Below are positions 42,701 to 49,322 of a stretch of DNA of 64,000 nt, one piece after another. The position numbers and the translations under genes were made by a program. The stretch spans positions 1 through 64,000 of the IMG/VR virus record IMGVR_UViG_3300018424_005577; one strand, given 5' to 3'. How positions within the stretch are numbered: position 1 is the first letter of the stretch; every line of letters starts with the position of its first letter. The DNA is from a virus. The notes beneath the pieces were generated by a model. That model was given only the letters and a program-made list of their open reading frames with translations. It was not told where the DNA came from and did no database searches.

Positions 42701-43858
42701 TACATTTAATTCTACTTCAGAAATAAGAACAATTTTGTCACCTACACCTTCTACATACCAATTTCCTGTATTATATTTTTCAGGTATTACAGTTCCTTGG
42801 AAAGAAAGTTTCATACCATTTGATATTTCTATACCACTATTAGTAGTATATGTCTTCTTTCCTAATATTTCTGTACCTACATCTAATGAAGATGCTTCGT
42901 CAATATCGTAAATTCTTATTAAATTTCCTGCATTTACATCAGTGTCTGCAACATAGTAAATTTCATTAGGAGTGCCGTTGTCGGGAGTAAACTCGATTAC
43001 TCCTTTTTCTACTCCATTATCACTAACTTCCCTAGTTAAATTAAATGTAGTATCTATTTCCCACTTACTTGCATCATCGGTAAACTCTTTAGATGCTCTA
43101 AAGTCTTGTAACGATTTATAAATTGTATTTTGATAAAAAACTCTTTCGCCAATAGAATACAAAGTTTCTGGCACCCAAGCTGGAGCATTTTCTCTTTTTG
43201 ATCTTAGTGAAAACGGCAATCCTGGTGTGTCTATTTCAAATCTATAAGTAACACCTCTGTACAAAGTTAGTTGAGGATTTTGTGTAATACCGTCAGGAGA
43301 TAAAATATATGCAAAATTATCTGTGTTGTCTATAGATCTTACAGTGTATGTGCTTACAACTAGATCGCTTACACCAGATACTGTGATTGCTTGAGGACCG
43401 TCTGGCAGCCAATAATATTCACGAAAGTTTACAAATTTATCCCAATTGATATGAGGATTCCATGCATAGTATTCTTGTCTATTTAAAATGCTATGGTCAT
43501 CTACTGTGCCGTCTAAGTTTTTAATTTGATTAATGTAATCATTATAGTCTCTATAAAAATTAACATTACCTAAATCGTCTTTAATTACTGCCGCTGGCTC
43601 AAGTTGATAATTTTCTCTTTGTTGATTTACATCGCCGATATAAAAATCATCTATAGCATGACCCGGAGAACTTTTTCTTCCGACATAGCCATTTAGTTTT
43701 TCTGCAACACCGGGTTGTATAAGTTGATCAAGTGTGCTAGATAAAAACTTGTTGTTAACTTCAGACCTAAAGTAACGGGGCAGATGCTGAGAACTTTTTC
43801 TGCGTTGTTTTCCATCGCCTGGCAACGGAAGCTCATTTTGATCTTTATTATAAGCCAT
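27752..43858 (-). CDS. Giant 5368-aa baseplate wedge/adhesin-like virion protein (gp7 position)
   Basis: Uninterrupted ORF coupled to gp6; contains CBM5/12-like repeats, FG-GAP-like blades, GxGY...GGGGxGA repeats and GDGxT Ig-like repeats. Confidence 0.75.
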   Translation of the reverse strand: MAYNKDQNELPLPGDGKQRRKSSQHLPRYFRSEVNNKFLSSTLDQLIQPGVAEKLNGYVGRKSSPGHAIDDFYIGDVNQQRENYQLEPAAVIKDDLGNVNFYRDYNDYINQIKNLDGTVDDHSILNRQEYYAWNPHINWDKFVNFREYYWLPDGPQAITVSGVSDLVVSTYTVRSIDNTDNFAYILSPDGITQNPQLTLYRGVTYRFEIDTPGLPFSLRSKRENAPAWVPETLYSIGERVFYQNTIYKSLQDFRASKEFTDDASKWEIDTTFNLTREVSDNGVEKGVIEFTPDNGTPNEIYYVADTDVNAGNLIRIYDIDEASSLDVGTEILGKKTYTTNSGIEISNGMKLSFQGTVIPEKYNTGNWYVEGVGDKIVLISEVELNVPSSFTTDLEVSFDNDGFDNLPYSEAIGYPVNKDYITINRGSKDGNLWSKYNRWFHKSIIEKSASINGIPANIDQTKRAVRPIIEFESNLKLFNFGTQVKSNIDLVDDFTIDVFSTIEGSEGYNVDGVDLANGMRVMFTADTDERVNGRIYEVSFILFGNSRQIALLEVEDSAPIENEVVLCKNGEVYKGKMLFYNGTRWQLAQDKTTINQSPLFDIYDVNGNSLGDTNYYESQDFTGTKLFSYKVGSGTNDTELGFPLSYRSIQNVGDLVFNFDLLSDGIAYVDESYSTTLSGIGYLRKYNGLSDFEYVNGWKKADTLSSQNVIRQYDVDNTRISYPIDVYDESALLEDLWIRVFVNNQIQQPNIDYTLTTNNENQSVINFTVAPNYGDVIKIKTRSSAVKNENGYYEIANNFERNPLNENITEFTLGEVNDHVRSIVEEADNFDGLFPGVSNLRDITDITKYGKRIVKHSAPMNLALYHLLDKESNLVKAIKYARREYGKYKRTFIKKAEELGFDGPVKTHVDLILREMLKDKTNTMPFYFTDMIPTGASTRNVFEINDIDLQFFALTYPFSLENASDKAVQIYQNGIQLVHGVDYTFNSEGFAIITTIKQIGDVIEIYEYESTNGSFCPATPTKLGLYPKYIPTKFIDDRYLEPTEVIQGHDGSIIKTYGDFRDELILEFERRIYNNLKVEYDKDLFDISDYVPSEYRNTGVTKKQLDDTMLSDFVQWLQLVDNDYTDNINYIRENSFTFNHKGMLDPSGNAISGWWRGIYKWAYDTDRPHTHPWEMQGFTIKPTWWDEQYGEAPYTSNNFLLWEDIQNGIVRNAQGSYTVNEKYKRPDLLDHLPVDENGELVSPVYSGYVKEFITTDLDFNFVYGDHSPVETTWRNSSEYPFALVASIFVNQPNRSMSVAWDRLRQKRGLVDDIIYDNPNVQLKLSNIVFPNTIKDTQRVYTSGFVNYVFDYLSSDVTVTYDSYKNNLKNISNFIGFKLGGYTSKDKFKLLLDSRTPLNEGNVFVPEENYKIFLNTSSPIKNITYSGVIIEKQSYGFVVKGYNVQQPYFTYYRPFEIESDPVINVGGVSQTFILWDSNKLYSAGSIVEFENNYYRVTTTHTSTTEFDSTKFAKIPELPVVGGRQAVFRRTFSTIPEKVSYGTVYTTIQQVVDFLLGYGKYLESQGFVFDYFDEENGFIADWQTSSKEFMFWTTQNWGAGSVITLSPGAFQIKFNSEYSIVDDIYDTFYGYSLFKADGKKLEPQNARLTRENPNEFVIKPKATADGIFGIRLSLVQKEHVVLIDNKTVFGDIIYDQEPGYRQERIKVLGYRTTDWDGSLNVPGFIFDNARVTEWEQWKDYAIGDLVKYKEFFYTARNKVPGNNVFDANQWVRLSEDPEMKLIPNFEYKVNQFADFYDLDTDNFDIEQQKFAQHLIGYQNRDYLANIINDDVSQYKFYQGMIQDKGTQNALDKLFNVLSSADKDSLEFYEEWAIKCGQYGAADGFEEVEYKLDESKMRLSPQSFELVDRITGLETDLVYRIQPFETYLRPQNYNHAPFPEKYVTKTYTKNSGYVNSEDVEFVLNQYNSLLSLTFANIREGDKFWIGNDNLIWNVYTALRTDYNITSIEQLGSSGKLILDTTRIDDISKDDIIGVYNIDGIASFYKVSSVSGTAIEVLDDTGLASATETENLNGRIIKFVDSRVDDIDTANKLLQQNKETINRLWIDKDAKEEWLVLDRTDAFQEKQILVNETAGEDANFGVALAVNKANTVLVIGAPDSNNGKVFVYTRAGSVGTWKVSQILDADNSVADNGQRFGAALAVSTDGRYLVIGSPDASNVTTLFKDNFVESSNYSDRDIVRYQDSLWQATTDILGAVDNIVFGSFESIARIRTELNLTASDSENTPTLMTGNYPFTGTEVDHIIVRAPLDMYQGSGIGDTLKLKWNTLSYAYQDQIQDELEAVEPFQGDIPGLDSSFISGDHTIQEKIDVILFVPEANVIPLIGQVVEVAGGFGTVSYTFNPSTEQDATANTTIYLKDVNGSFGTAGSLTTTIGEFVGEYETVAPIDEVIGYDEYWGGYWKINLPANVNVDQINSDTGRGLVYFDIVPNGEADPNRFYYNILDYRADEVLANNPFYSDDDIYTRIANLSYYGAPGPLNVTDDFASNIFVVKAPDELTNNLNVVAPGDDDNDTIDLFYNSLPQFEDGVWQPLTNYVSGTVLKYATSAYDTIYWRVKTAHTSPEEFLDNNDQFNSLFYEPLDGLIFKDPSDIGLAIETLNKTHKVYDIYDGFIDVELTIPNPLDQNLFKEPKVGLTIRDTVNGGTAEIAFYQKFNGQDTRLYLKNVSGTWAAGQKYGDNRSVEYLSSTDPADAGTEYDLPPKNDGSPGSAEFGQIRTRSFSLPQAGIGKLIAIDAGFPLPVTEQQVLVNVTGQNVSDGAQGPEYWFSREGDVFGIPRTANAPAENNNDWTEVFNLPVVAGGTSSGLEKEGMYTVFERRGTGLYNKLGAFAIPDRSNYNKLGHQLKMSKSGDLYKLFVKSLGSYPQNDKPNNLVYDDSKGRIYIINNGVNDDYSFGWEFSRDKQYRGQYQNTRTYFENDIVYYDGNLYESVTNMAPGLFDISNWTLLETNKDYLGYIPNDTGLLIGDDISTVLDQDLLAEFAESFDVSENGEVLVVSVKYEDSKDNSLVVYRNDGGSFVRYQKIPAPSKTTEYGSTISISADGRIIAVGAPFNDDKGVDFGKVYIYKQVNGIFELSQELYSPAEDKAELFGYKVDFDGNNLVVGCRNGDSFVQDTFDSNTTTFDNDLTKIRSYDNNSGVIRVYERIDDSLIYGQMIDFDDSSTILFGSNIKVSNNHIYAGMPLVEYSANTAGTVVDFYKQKDIWSVLRQSKPTVDVNKIKRVMLYNTSDNEIIQYLDYVDVLQGKIPGPAEQELSYKTYYDPATYTVGTGVNVDTTNSWGEIQVGKLWWDLTTAKFINPYQSDVIFSANNWNKKYSNTNSINVYEWVKSTVLPEEWDKQAGTERGASKGISGKSKYGNNAYVTKQVYDKASKTFTTYYYFWVGQKTTVPNIEDRTLSANSIAQLIEDPAGQGYRFVSFISPTQFALFNCESLIRGNEVAISVQYWTIEDQDINIHNQYQIISDGLETSKPNRDIEQKWFDSLIGWDLADRPVPAPELSIKERYGILNRPRQTWFVNRVEALKEVVNRINSVLLDNLIVDDKNLNRLTEKEAEPSVASRLFDTTVDTVTELQFVGVSKANQASLTPVVENGEIVRVEINQPGRGYLQAPTVEVFGTGQNAVIETVIDSNGKITDTNIINAGENYNSSNTSISVRRFTVLVKSDSTVNGRWALYERDTTTDEWIRVASQSYDVNQYWQYVDWYEDGYSQFTEINQSIDFAYELQGLDNEIGDIVKIQSVGTGGWLLLEKIDNQTGVDYTINYQTVGRQNGTIQLSDTLYDVSKNLVGYDTTTFDTLTFDGQPSVELRIVLEAIRDDIFVDDLALEYNKLFFSSLRYVFAEQNYVDWAFKTSFIKAQHNVGELDQKINFQNDNLPSYEKYIKEVKPYKTKIREYLSSYEKIDNSQSMTTDFDLPPLYIEGTDNIITRTVKVIDDNLVSQEGPITTYPDKHWADNAGYSIKEIAVADPGSGYVTTPVVTVTGGGGTGAIAKASLGRGGTITSIQIVTEGSGYLSMPTVSIDGTIADGGRSAKAVAILGGSPVRSMNTVVKFDRVSGEFEFINLSTTENFVATGSKVFFNLLWPMDLRTTKVTVSIDNTEVLAGNYAYKNILDTSKGYDRYYGQIEFIDPPADEAQIKIEYHKDISLLNAQDRINIAYEPTVDQFGKTLGQLMTGVDYGGVEVKSFDFGGISGWDSAPWMSRGWDLYDTTFEDEIIYRKLVEITFPEDINLRSARITQDNTNAQGSASVTGSANVLNVSAQFDQEFDTQSEIRYDDSTLLSTQIVNSTDTNINIDTGINANAIPSSIVNYLELAKPLEDGVTYNIYFKATGSDIAVRLDDPDYEGAPLLNKPDVVMASIVGDGVTTRINLDNINITFGQSDVFYVRKITSDGAFKPDNDSYDALIQGGDLSYQSATGLNSADINIDGDGFVTVTTSQGPEEVVPGQVVDTLDITVFEKSTGGASQIVSRNYRGDGQTVRFNIGDSPVTRDNLFVKIDNIIQEKNTYYIDFNTKDIVFNTAPADNATIFVASIGLSSISIIDIDDFVGDGETVEFLTNSRFEENSEAFVTINGKVVNVQLFKSDDTYELPGNYVIKFAEAPFDTAVIKLLIASKGLINVEYSQVTIDTIVADGSTLQYDLGKAPFTQNPSRAFMLVKVNDRFLNPGYTEQFEVTSNRNYTFDLTQVPVGAVNAYEIELYLNGRQLEYLQEWTYQGAGAFDDTKPEDEQAGSTITLERGVGDPGDKLQAYIITDAEFKLGYYESDNDFIKTPGTIHFNEPFNEDDIITVYQFSNHDSQGIETQKFVVSEKTKLTEGTTAYYEYRRLSRGIIELTTPAEDAQYVWVSVNGNLLTPSIDYSVTLDNRYIKLQQIPQENDVIVVQHFANAKITERFGWRQFKDMLNRTHYKRLETSYELAEDLAWTDKTIKLKDATNIPVPVFNSEYPGVIFIEGERIEYFQVDGNELLQIRRGTLGTGVKDLYLAGTKIIEQGADTNLPYKDETEVVTVEAGGYDIASTIYEDSPGVTVERFYFTSNNNSAFPLGGDPIPSIGYPGQSCVVYGTGFETNVKAIVGETECETTYVNDTELYFKTPALPVGAYDLVIVNPATNVPIDRAQTSVVVPKAIPYLQILLPFAPTPNPASEDQWSELEQTGWYKELVSIPVSQGIPGRGYIIDSKGTTDFTQIGAPNNLSGTEFIIPRDVDTTLLTGTGRLLDFASIPYEYWEAQDIEVFAGGRRLRKTPIAVYDYTAQDSPEGDKNVEAEFAVNKAIGAYVRLTYPPENGTNVTIVRKIGTVWSNPGHRLVDANSDVANFLLSSTTDVPR

Positions 43859-46800
43859 TAGTAACTAAGTCCTCCGGTATTTGATGAGCTAAAAGAACCA
43901 CTTTGTATTCCTGTATTTGTTGTTGTTACTTCTGTAACAATATTACCGCTTGCTTTTAATCTATTTGCTGTTATAGCATCTATAATATCTATGTCTGCAA
44001 CTGTTGCCGCGCTAATAAAAATTTCGTCTGCTTCAGATTTTATTTCATACAATGAACCAAATGATTGATCTTCTTGTACTGGAACAATTACAAATGTAAC
44101 TAAATCCGGAGATAATTCATTCATTACATAACTAGAAAGTTCTGAGAAATAAAACTTATCTCCAAAGTCCCAATTTTCAAGTGCAAAAAATCTGTTTACA
44201 GCACGAATTACATTAGACTTTAGTTCATTATCATTTATAACTAAATCAGGATTTTTAACTATTTTGAATCTAGCTTGCAAATCAGCCTCCGCCTTGTCTC
44301 CAAAAAGCACTTTATACTTAACCGGATGATAAATTACTTCATCGCTAAGTGATTTAATTTTGTTAATTTCAGACCCATAACTTATAAACAAATCATCACT
44401 ACTAGGAGGAAGAGGTTTATCATTTATACTGTCATCTAGATATTGCCTAAACAAAGAGTCGTATCCTCTTGTTAAGAGATAAGTGTCTATTATATTACTT
44501 GCACTAGGATCAATTCTCGAATTTTGATCAGCGGCATGTAGGTATTGGAATTTAAAACCTGCACGGCCAATTTGCGCTTTATATTCACTAGTAACTGTAA
44601 GTTCACTATTATTATTCAAAACTTCAAAAATATCTTCTTCTAGATAGTAGAATGTAGTGCCTGCATCATATTGGCTAATGGCGCCAATAGTAGCTTTCGA
44701 TGTAAAGATTTTTAAGTTTATAGAATCTTTATCTACATAAACAAAGTCATTTACTCCGTCAGTAGTTGTAATCTTTTTAAGAATAACTAGTTTATCAATA
44801 GCATTAGTTTCTTCATCTACAATTTCTGCAAATAAATCAGGGTTGTCAACTACACCATCATCGTCGGAATCAAAGAAACTAACTTGTATTTTTTTGCTAT
44901 CTACATATCCTTCAGCATCTCTATATTCTTCAACTATTTCCCAGTCAAAATCATAATTAAAAGGATACAAGCTATCAGGTTTATTGTTTATGTTTAAGAT
45001 ACTAATTTTATCCTTAATAATTTTTCCGGTTTTATTGTTATAAATTTTATCAGTACTATCGTAATAAAATCTAACCTCTTGATCACTTTCAAAAACATAC
45101 CTCATTGCTCTATAGGTAATTGTATATTTTTCACCATCAGTTTGGAATAGTAACAACCAACTACTATCAAGTTGTTGTCCTGTGCTATCGCCTGTTTTAC
45201 CTGTGCTAAATTCACTCGAGATGTCTAAATTATCTTCAGTTACTATTCGCCATTCGCCATTTACTTGATCATATCTTAAACCAAAAGTTTGATATGCAAA
45301 AATCTGTGTAACTGCCTGGGCTTTTACGTCAGCAGTTAATGCTGTTGGTAATGCTGTACGAATTTCTGTTAATCTTGATCCGGTAGGAATAACATCGTTG
45401 AATACAATAGGACCTGTGCCGTCTTCTAATAGCTCAGTACCGTCGTCGCTTACGCTAACAACTTTAGTCCATTTGTATGTTGAACCTCCCCTGTAATCTG
45501 GTTCACCATCTACAAGTTCACCGTTTAAAAAATGTTTGCCGGCAGGCGGTTCAAATTTTAACAAACTGTTTAGTTTTACATATTTCATGTTAGAACCAGT
45601 AAATGTTCCAACTTTAACTTTTACAGAATTAGGATTTGTAAGATAACCTGTAACAGAATTAGTATCAGAAGTAATCTGATTCCAGACCGAACCTAAATCA
45701 TCAACAAACAAACGAGGATATTTGTCATAATAATAATTTCTAACTTTTATACTTCCTAATATTGGCTGAATAGTGTTAACAATAGCGCCTTCAATATCAG
45801 TTAATGTATCAAAACTAAATGTTTGTTTTAAGCTAAGATAATCTTTGTAAATTGAACCATCTTTACCGTACAAGTTTGTAGTAGAATATTTGCCTGTTGC
45901 ATCTACTAAATCAAAATATCTGCTTATACCACTAGAGGTTCTGTTAACTGCTTTTGCCTTTACAATTTCTTGACTTGTTGTAAGCGGTCCGATTTGATAA
46001 TCTTCTGCTGTAATTAATCTATTTTGAGTATAATAAGTTGCAGGAGCATTAGCTTTTATGCTTGCATTTGATTCAGATACTGTTGCGTTATCTACAGTAT
46101 ATTTTAATGATAAAGTTAGAGTAATTGTTTCTGCTTTTCCTGCTTTAGATACATATGGTATTCTTATTGAAATTCCTCGCATATCATCAGGGGTTACTAA
46201 TACTCTTTGATTTTTACTAGTTCTATAGTAAACTCTAAAATTACCTTGAGGTAAATTACCAAATACACCGTCTGAGAAGATTAAACTAATTCTATCTTCA
46301 ATTCTTGTCAAGACACTGTATATGTTTCTTTGGTTTCTAGAAAGACTATTATAAATTATGTTGTTACCTTCGACCGAATCAACTTTTGTCCATAACTCTT
46401 GCTCATTACCTAAACTATCTAATTTATAAAGCCAAACATCACTTTGATTAATATTCGTTGCATCAACTGCAACTACTTGGCTAGTACTAGGATTGGTGAC
46501 ATTAAATGTGCCTGTGTCTAATGTACCTTGTCTAAAGTGTACAAAAAATCCTGTGTTTGAACTAGCAGAACCTTGTCCATCATCTCTATATAAAAATGCA
46601 AAGTTGTTTCCTGGAAACGGTGCTTCTTCAACAATTTCTGCATCAGTAATATCAGTAGAAATTATTTCAAAACTAGTGCTTCTACCATCTACTGTTTTTG
46701 TAAAACTATAGGCTGGAACTTCAGTATTTGTACTATTAAATCTATATTGTTGAGTAGGAATATCATTTATTATTCCGCTTTTAACTGGACGGCCGACTGT

Positions 46801-47304
46801 ACCGTTAACTGGTAATGCGGCATTTAATACTCTAGTATATTGCTCAAACCAATCTGGGTTACTTGGGTCATTCCATAGAATAGTTTGATTCTCTAAATTA
46901 ATGTTATTACTGTCTGTTACTTCTTCAGTTGTAGATACTGAATCTATTTTTAGTAGGCCATTTGCACATCTATTTCTTTTAGGATTATACGATAGTAATC
47001 TTGCTAAACGAAGTACGCTCTCACGACGCTCTGCAAGTTCTAAATAGTTTTCACGAGCATTAAGATCAATACGGAAAGCAATGTTTTGACCGAGGTAGGC
47101 AATAAGGTCAATAAGTGCAAGATATTCACTTGATTCTGTGTAGTCATTAAAGTCTTCTGGATAGTTTTCACGCAAGTATGCGATCATTGTACGACGAAGA
47201 TTATCAAAGTCATACGACTTAAAATCTGCGTTTCTAAAAGTTTGGTATACTCGCTTCCAATCTTCTGCAAGTAGTAGTCTATTTTGTCTATCTGTTGACG
47301 ACAT
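43858..47304 (-). CDS. gp6: Baseplate wedge subunit, T4 gp6-like
   Basis: DFDNLR...YL...FNDY.ESS..LIDLIAY...NARENYL..A.RRESV..LA..L.Y.P; FSDGVFG..P; ES..SIK.NAP..Y.TQNR.ITAEDY. Confidence 0.85.
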   Translation of the reverse strand: MSSTDRQNRLLLAEDWKRVYQTFRNADFKSYDFDNLRRTMIAYLRENYPEDFNDYTESSEYLALIDLIAYLGQNIAFRIDLNARENYLELAERRESVLRLARLLSYNPKRNRCANGLLKIDSVSTTEEVTDSNNINLENQTILWNDPSNPDWFEQYTRVLNAALPVNGTVGRPVKSGIINDIPTQQYRFNSTNTEVPAYSFTKTVDGRSTSFEIISTDITDAEIVEEAPFPGNNFAFLYRDDGQGSASSNTGFFVHFRQGTLDTGTFNVTNPSTSQVVAVDATNINQSDVWLYKLDSLGNEQELWTKVDSVEGNNIIYNSLSRNQRNIYSVLTRIEDRISLIFSDGVFGNLPQGNFRVYYRTSKNQRVLVTPDDMRGISIRIPYVSKAGKAETITLTLSLKYTVDNATVSESNASIKANAPATYYTQNRLITAEDYQIGPLTTSQEIVKAKAVNRTSSGISRYFDLVDATGKYSTTNLYGKDGSIYKDYLSLKQTFSFDTLTDIEGAIVNTIQPILGSIKVRNYYYDKYPRLFVDDLGSVWNQITSDTNSVTGYLTNPNSVKVKVGTFTGSNMKYVKLNSLLKFEPPAGKHFLNGELVDGEPDYRGGSTYKWTKVVSVSDDGTELLEDGTGPIVFNDVIPTGSRLTEIRTALPTALTADVKAQAVTQIFAYQTFGLRYDQVNGEWRIVTEDNLDISSEFSTGKTGDSTGQQLDSSWLLLFQTDGEKYTITYRAMRYVFESDQEVRFYYDSTDKIYNNKTGKIIKDKISILNINNKPDSLYPFNYDFDWEIVEEYRDAEGYVDSKKIQVSFFDSDDDGVVDNPDLFAEIVDEETNAIDKLVILKKITTTDGVNDFVYVDKDSINLKIFTSKATIGAISQYDAGTTFYYLEEDIFEVLNNNSELTVTSEYKAQIGRAGFKFQYLHAADQNSRIDPSASNIIDTYLLTRGYDSLFRQYLDDSINDKPLPPSSDDLFISYGSEINKIKSLSDEVIYHPVKYKVLFGDKAEADLQARFKIVKNPDLVINDNELKSNVIRAVNRFFALENWDFGDKFYFSELSSYVMNELSPDLVTFVIVPVQEDQSFGSLYEIKSEADEIFISAATVADIDIIDAITANRLKASGNIVTEVTTTNTGIQSGSFSSSNTGGLSY

Positions 47305-47326
47305 CGCCTATTCCTCTAATATAAAC

Positions 47327-47334
47327 TATTTAGC
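47327..47334 (-). promoter_or_regulatory. Late promoter variant GCTAAATA
   Basis: TAAATA core, intergenic, upstream of gp6. Confidence 0.55.
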
Positions 47335-47360
47335 GTATTTGATAAAGTGCGTAGTTTATT

Positions 47361-47807
47361 CTATGCAAGAAAGCCAGCGTTTTCATCAAATTTTAGCCTC
47401 ATAGATTCTGATATGTTATAAGGCAAATATGTTAAACTACACTCAATTTGAATTCCACTTTCATAAGTGTCTACTGTAATATTATCAACTGTTACTCTTG
47501 GGTCATAATTTATAATTTTTGACACATTTTTTATGATTGCATCTTTAAGAGGTTCGGTTAATGGTTCGTACAGTAAATCCCAAACAATCGTTCCGAATGA
47601 CGGGTCACTTAACTTTTCGCCTTGTCTTATGTGAAAATGATTAATAATATCTTGTTTTATTAAGGCAATATCGTATAAAGTCCACGAAGTAGCATCAGGG
47701 TTTACTGTGCTTGTACCTACATATGCCCTACTTTCAGGAATTACTTTAGCCTTTTTACCTGAAGGGACAATAATTTGTTTGTATATGCTTTTTTCTAATG
47801 AACTCAT
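47361..47807 (-). CDS. gp25: Baseplate wedge subunit, gp25-like
   Basis: IKQDIINHFHIRQGEKLSDPSFGT...LLYEP...I..YDPRV. Confidence 0.88.
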   Translation of the reverse strand: MSSLEKSIYKQIIVPSGKKAKVIPESRAYVGTSTVNPDATSWTLYDIALIKQDIINHFHIRQGEKLSDPSFGTIVWDLLYEPLTEPLKDAIIKNVSKIINYDPRVTVDNITVDTYESGIQIECSLTYLPYNISESMRLKFDENAGFLA

Positions 47808-47814
47808 AACGTAT

Positions 47815-49320
47815 TTAACCTCTATTTGGTTCTTGTATTACTTCTGTGTTTTGCGCCGGAGACTCTTGAGCAGGAGCCTCGGCTCTCTGTGTATTCTTTG
47901 CAAACGTATCTGGAGTACCAATGCCAGGCTCGGCTCCATTTAAATGTTCATGACCGTCCCATGGCTCGTGTTCTGGCACACGTTGTGACGGTTCTGCGTC
48001 GGCTGCCTCTGATGGTTCAGTTGCAGTAGGACCGTTTTGTTCTATTGGTCCTGTGAATGTATGTTTACCTGCGGTCCAATGTGTATTGGCAGCGCCTAAT
48101 CTAGTGTCGCCGCCAGATTTTACGTCAACTAATCCGCCTGTTGTAAGTTTTCCGTCTGTACCTACTTTTATTTCCCAATTTGCATCAGCAGATTGAAAAA
48201 TATTTGCGCCAGCTTTCATATGTATATCTGCGCCAGCTTCGAAATACATACTTCCATCTGCTTTAAAATTCATATTAGACTCAGTATGTACACTTACATC
48301 ACTAGCGGCATAAATGTCTACTTTACCATTACTGCTTAATTCTATCCATGCAGTGCCTCTGCTATTGCCTATATAGATAAAGTCTTCAGTATTATGCATT
48401 AATATCTGATGGCCAGTTCTAGTTCTTAGTCTAACTAATTCGTTATGAGGTCTAGTTACATCACCATCTGTTTCGCCACCTTCAGCATTTGCGTATTCTG
48501 GAGGTGTTGCATCTGGGCCGCCTGGAGGACCTTTTCTAAGTAACGATGGATCGCCGTCATCAAATACTAGACTAGTTCCGCCTAGTCTATTATGAGCTGT
48601 TGTTGTTTGAGCAAATTTTTCTCCATACCTAGCTTTAGGTGCACCGTCTCTTCTATCTTGCGGTCCAGGTGTGCTTATACCAAAAACAGTACTAGGTACT
48701 TCTCGTCTAGCACTAGAAGAAGTTAAACCTCTAAATTCATCTTCGAGTAATCCTTGTTCTTGCAAAAAATCTTGTGCATCTGTGTTGACTGGTTTAATAA
48801 ATTTCGTTGCGTCTCTTCCGCTAGCTGTTTCTGTTTTTTTATTAAATTCTCCAACAGGCAATTTTTTAGAACTATCTTGATCATTAAACGTTGTTGCAGG
48901 AGCACCTGCCGGTAACATAAAATTAGTATATTCTTCTTGAATGCAACCTATCCAAAAGTACTGTCCGCCTTCTGCACAAATAACTAAAACCTGAGTTCCT
49001 ATATCAGGAGGTACTGCCCAAAATCCGTAACTTTTTTGACTAAACTGATGTCCTCCGTTAGCTGTCAGCCCGTTATAAGGCGTAATACCATAAAACGGAC
49101 TTAGGTAACTGCAAGGTACAGACTTACCCGGAGTATCTGGTGAGTTACCAGAACCTGCTTTAGTTTGTATTAATACTTCTAATCTACCTGCATATGTAGT
49201 ATCTAAATGATTAGTAACAACTCCAATAAACGGGCCAGGATTGTTAGCACCTGAGGTGTCAACAGCAGAGGATACTGTACGTGTTTCTTGTCCGGTATTT
49301 TGATTAACTGGGTCTGTCAT
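47815..49320 (-). CDS. gp5: Baseplate central spike, gp5/VgrG-like, without a lysozyme domain
   Basis: N-terminal OB-fold pattern (GVV...D....GRL.V...PPDIGTQVLV...WIG), RTRTGHQILM, beta-helix repeats, C-terminal HEPWDGHEH. Confidence 0.75.
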   Translation of the reverse strand: MTDPVNQNTGQETRTVSSAVDTSGANNPGPFIGVVTNHLDTTYAGRLEVLIQTKAGSGNSPDTPGKSVPCSYLSPFYGITPYNGLTANGGHQFSQKSYGFWAVPPDIGTQVLVICAEGGQYFWIGCIQEEYTNFMLPAGAPATTFNDQDSSKKLPVGEFNKKTETASGRDATKFIKPVNTDAQDFLQEQGLLEDEFRGLTSSSARREVPSTVFGISTPGPQDRRDGAPKARYGEKFAQTTTAHNRLGGTSLVFDDGDPSLLRKGPPGGPDATPPEYANAEGGETDGDVTRPHNELVRLRTRTGHQILMHNTEDFIYIGNSRGTAWIELSSNGKVDIYAASDVSVHTESNMNFKADGSMYFEAGADIHMKAGANIFQSADANWEIKVGTDGKLTTGGLVDVKSGGDTRLGAANTHWTAGKHTFTGPIEQNGPTATEPSEAADAEPSQRVPEHEPWDGHEHLNGAEPGIGTPDTFAKNTQRAEAPAQESPAQNTEVIQEPNRG

Positions 49321-49322
49321 TA

